A stretch of 64,000 nucleotides of DNA from Tetramitus jugosus (lineage: Eukaryota; Protista; Heterolobosea). The notes beneath the pieces were generated by a model. It made no database searches. It was given only the letters and a program-made list of their open reading frames with translations, and was not told where the DNA came from. The stretch spans positions 387,270 through 451,269 of the forward strand of contig OW569381.1 in the NCBI GenBank assembly GCA_937625935.1, given 5' to 3'. Made by a program: the position numbers and the translations under genes. The stretch's first letter is position 1. Each line of letters opens with the position of its first letter. Shown in pieces: positions 34,264 through 44,905 of the stretch.

Positions 34264-35655
34264 ATGAAAAACACCCATCAAAACACGATCGATCACACTT
34301 ACGAAACGGAAAAAATTCACGCACAAGACATACACCAAGAACACTTCATCTCCGAGTATGAGTTCGAGGGATTTGAAGGCCCAGAAAAAAAGATTGAATT
34401 AGAATTTCGTTATTCCCCAAACGCCAAACAACAAAATAAGCATGGTCTCCGCCAATTGACCGCATCTGAATGGCAATCTCAATTGCTTGACGATGTTCAC
34501 TGCAAAATTATCTCTCAAACAAGCAATCATTACTTTGATTCCTATGTTTTGAGTGAAAGCTCCTTGTTTGTCTACCCATTCAAGTTGATCTTGAAGACTT
34601 GCGGCACTACTACATTGTTGCATGCCGTTGAACCCATTTTGAAGATTGCCTCTCAATTTGAAATGGTTGTTGATTTTTGTTGGTTCTCCAGAAAGAACTA
34701 TGTGTTCCCACATAAGCAACTCGCACCTCACACTAGTTGGGAGGACGAAGTTCAACATTTGGATCAATACTTTCCAAATGGCAATGGGTTCATTGTTGGA
34801 CCAATGAGCAAGGATCATTGGTATCTGTTTGTTGCTGATTACAGAAACAGAATGGATGAAGAAGAGTCTATTGCACACAACTCACCAGTGGTTCATCACT
34901 CTCAACAACCGGATCAAACCTTTGAGGTGTTGATGCACGAGTTGAGCCCAGATACGATGAAGCAGTTTTTCAAGGATGAGAATTTTGTGAGCTCTGAACA
35001 GGTCACAATCTCTAGTGGTATTGCCGATTTGATCCCTGGTAGCGTCATTGATGCATTCCAGTTTGATCCTTGTGGTTATTCAATGAATGGCCTGTATGGA
35101 GAATCCTATTGGACTATTCACATTACTCCTGAGGATTCCTGCAGCTTTGCCAGCTTTGAAACCAACTATTTGCCATCCAAGGGTGTTGCATACTATGCAG
35201 AGTTGACTCAAAAGGTCATTGATGTTTTTAGACCAGGTCGCTTCTCTGTGACTTTGCTTGCCGATGACCACACACCCATTGTTGCTGATGATGAAGAAGA
35301 CTTGAATTTGCCTCATGACAAGTCCCTGGCTGCCTTCTCCAACTTGAATTTGCCAAACTTTACTCAATTGTCCAAGTCTTTCTATGAGTTTGAAGGCGGT
35401 TTCAACATGACCTTCTGTAGTTTCAAGAAGACACCCGAAGTGATTCGCACAAGAGAAAAGAAATTGGCTGAGCTTGTAATCAATTCTGCCAAGAAGCACA
35501 AGGCAATCAAGGAACATTGTCAATTGCCTGTTGTCGCATCACGCGAAGAATTTGACGAGAGTGTCAGTGATAGCAGCAGCGATTCTGAAGAAAAAGATAG
35601 CTTCAGCCCTGTTGTCCATAGCCCAGCCACCAAGTGTGCTATTGATGTACTTTAA
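34264..35655 (+). CDS. AMD1: S-adenosylmethionine decarboxylase proenzyme
   Basis: FEGPEK, YVLSE/SSLFV autocleavage site, LKTCGTT, PCGYSMNG and TIHITPE. Confidence 0.95.
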   Translation: MKNTHQNTIDHTYETEKIHAQDIHQEHFISEYEFEGFEGPEKKIELEFRYSPNAKQQNKHGLRQLTASEWQSQLLDDVHCKIISQTSNHYFDSYVLSESSLFVYPFKLILKTCGTTTLLHAVEPILKIASQFEMVVDFCWFSRKNYVFPHKQLAPHTSWEDEVQHLDQYFPNGNGFIVGPMSKDHWYLFVADYRNRMDEEESIAHNSPVVHHSQQPDQTFEVLMHELSPDTMKQFFKDENFVSSEQVTISSGIADLIPGSVIDAFQFDPCGYSMNGLYGESYWTIHITPEDSCSFASFETNYLPSKGVAYYAELTQKVIDVFRPGRFSVTLLADDHTPIVADDEEDLNLPHDKSLAAFSNLNLPNFTQLSKSFYEFEGGFNMTFCSFKKTPEVIRTREKKLAELVINSAKKHKAIKEHCQLPVVASREEFDESVSDSSSDSEEKDSFSPVVHSPATKCAIDVL

Positions 35656-35789
35656 TTTATTATTATTGGCATGGGCGGTGCAAGCACTGATTGTTCACAC
35701 GATTCCAAAAGAATAAATACTTTTATTTTTTACTACACCAGAACAACAGTCAAAAAAAAGGAGCTCTGAAGTTACGTCAACTTATTTAT

Positions 35790-36475
35790 TTATGTGTACT
35801 TGTACATTGCCTTGTTGTGCATAATCATCTTGTCGTTCACAAAATAGAATGAATCAGACACAACTTCATATGGATGAGCTACAATGTCCTCAACTGTATT
35901 TAATCATTGAGTCAGCAAAGAACGAAACCAACAAAAAACAGAAGCACCACATACTCTCTTGACTGGATAAAGCTGGCATATTGTAAATGCATTCCCAAGA
36001 GTTAGTACTGTTAGGAATACAAAAATTGAAATTGAAATCAAATGTCTTTAGGAGCCTATCCTTAAAGTAATGCCTCTCAATCATTCTGAAATTCTGCAGT
36101 GGCTTGTCTCCAACAGAGAAAATCAAGGTTGTTCCCAGAGCTGGACTCTTCAGTACTTCTCTGCTAAATTGATACTTGATACATCTGAGGTCATCTTCAT
36201 CAGTGATTCCTTGGTTAATGGCATCTCTTGTGACTTCTTCAGCCGAAGTTTCAAATATAATTTTGTTTGTAGATGTGTCTCTAATCTTGAACTGCAAAAA
36301 TTGTACATCAAAAGTGTTGGAGGATAATGGACACAAGTAGTCTATGATTGTGTTTGATTGAGACACATGTAAGTCATCTGACTGGTTCAGTTCATCAAAG
36401 GAAAGAAGAAGACTACGTACTCACAGTTGGTTTCTTTAGCTTCAGAACATCGGATGGAGTGTATGTCCCTCTCAT
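35790..36475 (-). CDS. UNC119: UNC119 (myristoyl-binding, PDE-delta family), 3 exons
   Basis: YLCPLSSN, FRMIERHYFKD, FCIPNSTNSWECIY and SDSFYFV...NKA.Y; two short GT-AG introns. Confidence 0.88.
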
Positions 36476-36626
36476 GATTAGTGTTTGTTGATCGATGTGC
36501 TCCTGTTTTGTGTCGGGAAAGTTGTAGACGGAGAAGGGCGCGATCAATGGTCCGCAGCATCTGCACAGCAAAAAAGTGATCTCAAAAAACACAAGCAAAA
36601 GCTTTGATCAAACAAACAACACAGCT

Positions 36627-37529
36627 ATGAGCCAATACAACATCCAACAGACATCCAACGAAAAGGTTTTCGGTGGTCAATTGTACCGCTTCTCTCACAA
36701 GTCACCAACTCTCGGTGGCTGTACCATGAACTTCCACGTGTTCCTCCCGCCATTTTCTTCCCTCCAAAATAATTTGGCGCCAGTTTTGTATTTTTTGAGC
36801 GGTTTGACGTGTACAGATGAAAATTTTGTACAAAAGGCGGGAGCTTTCGGCGCTCTAGCCAAGCACGGCTTAGCTCTTGTTGCTTGCGACACTTCTCCAA
36901 GAGGTGACGACGTTCCTGATGATGAGTCAGCATGGGACTCTGGTAAGGGAGCTGGTTTCTACGTGGATGCTACTCAAGAACCATGGAGCTCTCATTACAA
37001 GATGTATAGCTATGTCGTGACTGAGCTTCCACTGGTGCTACAAGAGTTGGTTGAGCAGAAAAGTGCAGAGTTTGGTGTGTTGGACTTGAGCAGAGCAGGT
37101 ATCTTTGGTCATTCAATGGGTGGTCATGGTGCATTGACCATTTATTTGAAAAACCGTGAAAAGTATCAATCTGTTTCTGCTTTTGCACCCATTTCAAACC
37201 CTTCTCATCCAGAGTGTAGTTGGGGTCAAAAGAACTTGGGAAGATACTTGGGAACAGAGGACAAGTCTGCCTGGGCTCAATACTGTGCGGTTGATTTGGT
37301 CAATCAACTGAATGGACAAGGTTCTGGAATTGAGATTTATGTGGATCAGGGAATAGAGGACTCCTTCTTGAAGAGGGGAGAGTTGAGAGTGGATGAATTG
37401 AAGACTGCCTGTGACAAGAATGGTGTGAAGCTTGTGTTGAACATGCGTGAAGGTTATACTCACGGTTACTGGTTCGTTCAAACATTTGTGCAAGACCATA
37501 TCGAATTCCACGCTCAGAGATTAAAGTAA
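36627..37529 (+). CDS. ESD: S-formylglutathione hydrolase (esterase D)
   Basis: LSGLTCTDENF, DTSPRG, GHSMGGHG and GYTHGY. Confidence 0.93.
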   Translation: MSQYNIQQTSNEKVFGGQLYRFSHKSPTLGGCTMNFHVFLPPFSSLQNNLAPVLYFLSGLTCTDENFVQKAGAFGALAKHGLALVACDTSPRGDDVPDDESAWDSGKGAGFYVDATQEPWSSHYKMYSYVVTELPLVLQELVEQKSAEFGVLDLSRAGIFGHSMGGHGALTIYLKNREKYQSVSAFAPISNPSHPECSWGQKNLGRYLGTEDKSAWAQYCAVDLVNQLNGQGSGIEIYVDQGIEDSFLKRGELRVDELKTACDKNGVKLVLNMREGYTHGYWFVQTFVQDHIEFHAQRLK

Positions 37530-37582
37530 CCTCAGTTGGTCGTAATTATCAAGGAATACATTGTTTTTGGGTATTATTTGTT

Positions 37583-39730
37583 TTATAGCGCAATAGAATA
37601 AGATCTTCCGCCAACATTGTGCATTGGTACGACTTGGTGCGAAGTTAGGTCTCTGATTGTCCACTCATACCAAACCTTTGTTTTGTCGACACATCTGTAC
37701 ATGTGAACTTGTATCTTTGCTCCACTCTTTACGCTCATTGGGGCACGCACTGGAAACAAAATTGGGAACCATGAGAACATGCCTTCAGAGAAAGACTTTG
37801 GAAGAATACTCATTAATACGTCTCCATAGAGTGTACATTCAAAGTATCCAATCAGACCGTGAATTACCATCTCATTTCCACCTACTTGATTGGAGGGAAC
37901 ACACCCTGGCAGCTCGAAGCTCAATACCGTATGGCGGCTGTTGTTAATCGGATGTTTGTTATTTGGATGCTCGAAGCTGAAACACTCTTGTGGCTCGCAC
38001 AGCGGCAAACCACTGAACACATTGACAACATAGGCCGTCTCGAATGCCTTTCTGACCTTTGTAGGAGTTACGTTCATCACTTCGTGATGCATCTTGGCAG
38101 ACATCAATGGACTCAAATAGGACCTGTATGAAGATGGAATACTAATTCCAGTGTCAGGCTTCAGCAGCCTTTGAGCACCGTCCAAACATTCCGGACTCAA
38201 TTCATTGTCACCGAATGAACCCAAGAGTTCACTGACAATAATATCGGCCAATTCCTCTGGTTGCCAAACTCTCATATCACTCTCAACGATATGAACGTCC
38301 ATATACTTCCAAATCGTGTTCTTGAAATGATGCAAAGTAACAAGTGCATTCGGATTTTTCTCTACTGCATAGATTTTGACCTTTTTCTGAGCTTGACGAG
38401 CAGCTCGAATCGTGGCTTTTACCAATGGTCCTCTTCCAGCACCAACAACCATGACCACAACAGTATCCAAATGAGAATACTTTTCGATCAAAGCTTGCTT
38501 GATTGCTTGCTGATACAGAGCGTACTTGACTGGATCCTTCTCAAACACCTCATACGTCTGAGATTCCAAATTGTGATGCAACGGTTGCAAAGGAGCTTGT
38601 AAAAAGTCTCTGTAAGGCTTTTCAAACGCCTCCACTTCAGTCAACATCTCACACTCGTCATACAAGTGATTAATTGCATCAACATATGGTCTTAATCCTC
38701 CGTTACGATTGATTGGTGTTCCAGACAACACAATCTGTAGTTCATGCCTAAACGCCTTCTTGATAAAATCTGCCATGTATCCATTGCGCCCCGATTGAGT
38801 AAAATGAATCAAGTTTTCTCCATGCTCCAACGCACTCAACGGCAACACACAAACCTTTAACACTTCACCAAACCACCGTTGCCACATGACTGGAGACACC
38901 TCATGACTCTCTCGCTCTTCTTCCTTGTCATTTTCATCATCATCAAATGACACAAGTTCCACCATTGGTAACATGTTCTTCCAAGCGTCACTACCCTGAC
39001 ACAAGCTCTTCAACTCATTCCAAATGTTCCATCGATCGACTGGTACCTGGATCCAAAACGCACAAAACGCATTCGTATTCTTCATTAAAACATTGGCATA
39101 AGCCACTATATTTTCACTTGTTGGACAAGGCAACACCACTGCAGGAACACTTAGATGATATGCCCATGCCAATTCTCTCTCAATTATCATTGTTATTGCA
39201 TCAACATTTTCACTATTCTTCTCACCACTACTCAAACAATCAAATGGAATGGAATTGATTTTGGCTACGATACGATTACTCCAATCAGTCGTTCGAAACA
39301 ACAACTCTGTCGATTGAATGTTATGTCTCTGACTCATTGGTCTCTGATCCAACAATGACATGTCATTTCTATTATCATTATCATGAGTAAGAGGAGTAGA
39401 ATTATTGGTTGTTGTTGTTGTTGTTGTTGAATGATCAAAGTAAGCAATGGGATGAACCATGTAATCAATTTGTTGTTCGGAAATGATTTGAAGGCATTGA
39501 TCAATGGACCAACAACTACTACTATTGGCTGAATTCACCAATGATTGTGATTGTGATGATGATGATGTCTCGTATCCAATATAAATCTTTTCACACAAGT
39601 CATAGTATGGATTATTATTATTGTTGTTGTTGTCGCTGTGTTCATCATTGTCTTCATTGGAGTGGAGTTGTAGTTCTTGTCGAATGTTGTGAATGACATC
39701 GACAATGGGATCTTCATTGGGATCGATCAT
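37583..39730 (-). CDS. PRMT5: Protein arginine N-methyltransferase 5
   Basis: LQAPLQPL, TYEVFEKDPVKY, VGAGRGPL, VSELLGSFGDNELSPECLDG and GMFSWFP. Confidence 0.95.
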   Translation of the reverse strand: MIDPNEDPIVDVIHNIRQELQLHSNEDNDEHSDNNNNNNNPYYDLCEKIYIGYETSSSSQSQSLVNSANSSSCWSIDQCLQIISEQQIDYMVHPIAYFDHSTTTTTTTNNSTPLTHDNDNRNDMSLLDQRPMSQRHNIQSTELLFRTTDWSNRIVAKINSIPFDCLSSGEKNSENVDAITMIIERELAWAYHLSVPAVVLPCPTSENIVAYANVLMKNTNAFCAFWIQVPVDRWNIWNELKSLCQGSDAWKNMLPMVELVSFDDDENDKEEERESHEVSPVMWQRWFGEVLKVCVLPLSALEHGENLIHFTQSGRNGYMADFIKKAFRHELQIVLSGTPINRNGGLRPYVDAINHLYDECEMLTEVEAFEKPYRDFLQAPLQPLHHNLESQTYEVFEKDPVKYALYQQAIKQALIEKYSHLDTVVVMVVGAGRGPLVKATIRAARQAQKKVKIYAVEKNPNALVTLHHFKNTIWKYMDVHIVESDMRVWQPEELADIIVSELLGSFGDNELSPECLDGAQRLLKPDTGISIPSSYRSYLSPLMSAKMHHEVMNVTPTKVRKAFETAYVVNVFSGLPLCEPQECFSFEHPNNKHPINNSRHTVLSFELPGCVPSNQVGGNEMVIHGLIGYFECTLYGDVLMSILPKSFSEGMFSWFPILFPVRAPMSVKSGAKIQVHMYRCVDKTKVWYEWTIRDLTSHQVVPMHNVGGRSYSIAL

Positions 39731-39885
39731 TCTATTCTTGTTGTAGTTGTTGTTGCGATTGGAAATACGATGTTTTTTCTCTTTTTTTTATTTGTATGGG
39801 TGTGAAATGCACTGTGGATCTTGTTGTTGGATGGGAGGATGATGGAGGGATGTTGTGTGTCAGAGACATGGAGTGAGATCAAGGT

Positions 39886-40515
39886 TCAACTAGAAGTGCG
39901 ACGACCAGTGATCTTCAAGAGAGTTGCTTTGAATTTAAATCTCCTTGTCCTTTTCTCAGTTGTTGTATTCAGCTTTGTGGGTTGTTCGACTTTTTCTACT
40001 CCTTTGTCGTCCAGTTCCAGCGATGTTTTAGACGATAGATCCACAACATTTTGCTCATGACGAAAAGTACTATACTCTGCACAAATGTTGTTGTTTTCCA
40101 AATTCAAAATCTCTCCATCGCCTGGATTGGATGACCGGGTCACATGTACCACATTGCAGCGAATGGTATTGGGACTGTATTCTGAATTGAGAGGTGACAT
40201 ATGACCGCATCCTCTACAACTGTTAATCCAGGGAAGAAACAGAGAACTCATTCGATTTCTGTTCTTGGATTGTTCAGGTGCTGATCTGGGTGTATCAATG
40301 GACACAAGATACGACCGATGACGAGGATGACAGGTCATGGAGCGACTGGTCGTGTGTACATACTGAGGTATGTTTGAATGATTAGTTGATGAGTATTCCT
40401 GGTATGTAAAACGTTGGAAAACGGTATGAGTGGGCGACTGAATGCAGAAGGGAGATTTGGGAGTGATATTCAGATGATCATTCAAATCCAACGTTTGAAT
40501 ATCATTGAATCTCAT
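39886..40515 (-). CDS. Hypothetical protein
   Basis: 209-aa ORF with no recognised motif. Confidence 0.45.
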   Translation of the reverse strand: MRFNDIQTLDLNDHLNITPKSPFCIQSPTHTVFQRFTYQEYSSTNHSNIPQYVHTTSRSMTCHPRHRSYLVSIDTPRSAPEQSKNRNRMSSLFLPWINSCRGCGHMSPLNSEYSPNTIRCNVVHVTRSSNPGDGEILNLENNNICAEYSTFRHEQNVVDLSSKTSLELDDKGVEKVEQPTKLNTTTEKRTRRFKFKATLLKITGRRTSS

Positions 40516-40707
40516 TCTTCCAATTATGAGCTTGATGTGTTAGACAACAGATACAGAGTAAAGTTCGTTGGGTGTTTCTTGAAACCCTAGAATGAAATAT
40601 CAGCTCAACTCCTCTGTCATGTTGAGAGAACTAACTGTCGAGCTGAAAAGAATCCATCAGCCAAACACCCTTCGAAAAAAGAAAGTGTATCGGTCTACAG
40701 TAGTTTT

Positions 40708-42852
40708 TTATAGATCCGAAAAGCTCTGATCGGTCATACCGATAACTCCGTTACTAAAAGCACCTCGGAAAGGTATTGATTGCATGACCCGAGGTGACAT
40801 CCCATTTTGTAAGGGTGATGTAATTTTCTTTGGAGATGTCCTGCTCGCTAGTTGCCTTCGAAATAGTTCTACTCTCTTGTCCCTCTGAAAGTTGGATATC
40901 GCTGAAGATGGGTTCGTTTTTGGTGTGGCCTTGTTAGGGCTGGAAGTTGGCGTCACATGAGAGTTACTGAATAGGTTCGTGTTGTTTGTGATATTGGAAC
41001 GAGTTGTCTTTGGACTATGCTTGGAGAGATCGAAAATACTTGGAATGTTGTTGGCAAAGCTGGCAAACATTTGAGCTTTCGAATGTTGCAACGACAAATC
41101 CACTCCCATGGACGTATAATCTATGAAATCTTGATCTCTATCCTCCTCATATGTTCCCTTCTGTAATTCTCTATCTCTATGTTCATCTTCATCAACCTGC
41201 AATTCTCGTTCAACTCTTGTTGAATTATCCGTTCCTCTTCCATGAGAAAAGTGGACCCAACTACTAAATAGCCCGTTCTCTGTATTTGCTTTGGTAGAGG
41301 AGTCACACTCCGCAAATCTCCCGATAGAAGGTTGTGTAAGTAGCAAACTCAAATCATTCTCAAGCATGCACCATAGATCATCGTTCTTGGATATCCTCTT
41401 TTCAATGTACTTCTTCATTTCTGTTACAGAACTTTTGTACGTTTCTAACTCCATCATCTTCTTAACTAAATCCCTCTTTTGAGAGATATTTCCCTTTTGT
41501 TTCTTCATTATCTCTCTATCACTATTGGATGCTAGCTCGACATCGTTGTCGAAAATGGGATCGCTTATCATAGCCCATATGATTTGTCTGATGTTAATCT
41601 CCTCTTCGTTCGATAACACTTTTTTTTTGGAAACTATCTCCCCTGCTTGGCGATCACCAATTGGCTTTGATGTTTTGAATGGATTCTCTTTGTCTCGAAC
41701 AAGGAGCTCAACGATGCTTCTCAAAAAATCTTTCAAATATTGTCGGAACTCCACTGCCGATTCTTTAAGTAATGTTACTATCGGTTTCATCTGCTCTAAT
41801 CTACTCACAAATATCTCTAAATCAAGAGCCAATTCGATCTCTTTCTCAGTCTTGAATTCTATTGGCTTACTATTTGGCGATGTAATGTTCGGATCGGGAG
41901 GGGTTGCACTAACACCACTTGTTAACTTCTTAACGAATTTTTGGTGTTCAGTTTTCAAGGTTCGTGGTTGGGTTATGAGATTCCTTTCCTGCTTAGAATT
42001 CATCTTGGACATCTTTAGAAGTGTAACATCTAACTCCCGTGCTAACACTTCCTTCTCTCTTCTCAACTTCTTGTTTTCTAGCATCAAGGTGTTCCTTTCC
42101 TCCTTCATCCTCTTGTTTTCCGATCTAATTTCATCCTGCTCTCTTAACTGCTCGTGATTTTTCACTTTGAGCTCAGCAATCTCCTTCGACGAAGAATCAT
42201 CAATTTGTTTAAATCTTGCAATCAAGTTTTTAGCCTGTATTAGCTCCTCTTCCAACTTTGCAATGGTTTGCTGAGACTCATAATGGGCAGATGTTATCGT
42301 ATTTAACCGAGATGAAGTTGCATTCAATTTTGATCTCGCATTATTGAGCTCAATATTATACTTTACCAGAAAGTGATCCTTCACATATGTTAAAATATTA
42401 ACTTTACAAGAGGATAAACCCAACCGAAATTGCTCCCCAGTACTCGCGTTTCTCATGGGAGTATCCCACTTTGACTCTGCAATTACTGCCGTTTCAGTAC
42501 AAGTAGGAACATTTTCAATTGGAGTGAACTCTGAAGAATCAGTCTCAAATTCAACAATTGACGCTTCACTCGTTTTTGAACTCGATCGTGAACGTTGTTT
42601 GCGTTTGGTCCTGTCCCTTTCTTCATTGCTAGAAGGGCCAATACTCTCGCTCAAAGCTCTTACCTTGATATAATGGGGAAACTTAAGTGGAGGTATAATC
42701 GTTGGATGTTTCGTCACCATTCTGCTTGAGGGCTCTCGTGTTGTCATTCTTTCCACAGTCTGTGCCTTGAAAATAATGTGTTTGCTTTTCGAAAGAAAAA
42801 ATCTGTAGATGAGCATAACGGGCAGAAAATGAGCCGTCAGGCTCAAAACCAA
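40708..42852 (-). CDS. Hypothetical coiled-coil protein (start uncertain)
   Basis: Long 714-codon ORF with a central EK-rich heptad region. Confidence 0.6.
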   Translation of the reverse strand: MVLSLTAHFLPVMLIYRFFLSKSKHIIFKAQTVERMTTREPSSRMVTKHPTIIPPLKFPHYIKVRALSESIGPSSNEERDRTKRKQRSRSSSKTSEASIVEFETDSSEFTPIENVPTCTETAVIAESKWDTPMRNASTGEQFRLGLSSCKVNILTYVKDHFLVKYNIELNNARSKLNATSSRLNTITSAHYESQQTIAKLEEELIQAKNLIARFKQIDDSSSKEIAELKVKNHEQLREQDEIRSENKRMKEERNTLMLENKKLRREKEVLARELDVTLLKMSKMNSKQERNLITQPRTLKTEHQKFVKKLTSGVSATPPDPNITSPNSKPIEFKTEKEIELALDLEIFVSRLEQMKPIVTLLKESAVEFRQYLKDFLRSIVELLVRDKENPFKTSKPIGDRQAGEIVSKKKVLSNEEEINIRQIIWAMISDPIFDNDVELASNSDREIMKKQKGNISQKRDLVKKMMELETYKSSVTEMKKYIEKRISKNDDLWCMLENDLSLLLTQPSIGRFAECDSSTKANTENGLFSSWVHFSHGRGTDNSTRVERELQVDEDEHRDRELQKGTYEEDRDQDFIDYTSMGVDLSLQHSKAQMFASFANNIPSIFDLSKHSPKTTRSNITNNTNLFSNSHVTPTSSPNKATPKTNPSSAISNFQRDKRVELFRRQLASRTSPKKITSPLQNGMSPRVMQSIPFRGAFSNGVIGMTDQSFSDL

Positions 42853-42912
42853 AGAACAAGCGAAAATGATGCGAAAAGATAGTATTTGATTTGATGATAA
42901 AAAACAAGATGT

Positions 42913-43679
<767 letters not shown>

Positions 43680-44125
43680 TCAAATTAATTGAATATTTGT
43701 TTCGGAGAAATAAAATCCTAACAAAGGCTGCCATACAATGCTATCTACTCCTCATTCATGTAAACTAGAATTGTCCAGAATTTGTTAAAGAAGAAGCTTA
43801 TGAGAAGATGCTTCTCTGTTACCATGAGTGGAGCTCATCCAGTTATGGGATCAGAGCCACACGTAGAGCTACATTTTACATTATCATTTCTGAAGGGATG
43901 TAAGCTCGCGAGCAAGATAGAAATCCAGAGAGCAGTTGTAATCATGTTTTGTTGACTTTTGAATGTTGATGGGTGATGCGTACCCCGAAGCTATAAAAAT
44001 AACGACTTGTGTGGAATCCGTTGAATCATCAAGGAACACGATCAAGCCATTCCACCCAACACCACCACCAAAACAAAAAACCAAACAGTCAGAATCCGAT
44101 CTACCTACTTCTTATACGTACCACC

Positions 44126-44611
44126 ATGTCTGCCAAAGCAAGCGTCGATGAAATTGTCAAAAGTTACAAGAATCTTCTGGTCAACCTGAAGAATAATCCG
44201 ACAAACCCTGGTCTCAATGATCTGAGATTGATCAACTCTTCTCTCCTGATGGTCCACTCACTGTTTGCTATTGTTTTACCAGTGATGATCCGTGCATTCA
44301 CAGGTGGTGTCTCCGTTGTGAGCAATGACTACACTTGTGTGAGACTTGTGGACGAACAGATTCGTTTCTCTGGTGTGTTGAGTCTTGCTCTCGTCCTGTT
44401 CAACTACTTGTCTTCTAGATGGGCCGAAGTAGCACAGAGAGATGTCATGAGAGTGATGGCAATTGTTTATGCTCTGGGAAGCTTTGTCTGTGTCTTGTCA
44501 GTGTACTCTGGTGGATCATTCTTTTATTTGATTGGAATGTTGATTATGAGTGCATTGGCTTTCTTCCATGCTCAATCATCCGGATTGGCCTCCTATTTCA
44601 AGAAGGAGTAA
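44126..44611 (+). CDS. Small 4-TM membrane protein
   Basis: CACCATG context, four hydrophobic segments and a C-terminal KKE. Confidence 0.6.
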   Translation: MSAKASVDEIVKSYKNLLVNLKNNPTNPGLNDLRLINSSLLMVHSLFAIVLPVMIRAFTGGVSVVSNDYTCVRLVDEQIRFSGVLSLALVLFNYLSSRWAEVAQRDVMRVMAIVYALGSFVCVLSVYSGGSFFYLIGMLIMSALAFFHAQSSGLASYFKKE

Positions 44612-44905
44612 TGGACGGAGGAGATGCCTAGTTGAGAAACAACGCCCTCAACAACAACGATAACAACAAGGTTCTGATCCTGCCGTGTCGGAACACACAC
44701 GACTCTCTATTGAACATAATGACTCCTTCATAAATGGAATAAAACAAAATTAAATATATCAGGAGCTCTTGACAGAATGAATGCACAACAAAAGAAATAT
44801 GAAATTCAACGATGAATAATATTATATTTTGTTGTGTATTTGGAATGTTTTTGTCTGGGTGGAGGCTTTGTCTGGTGGATAAGATGAGGTGGGTTGGAAG
44901 AAAAG

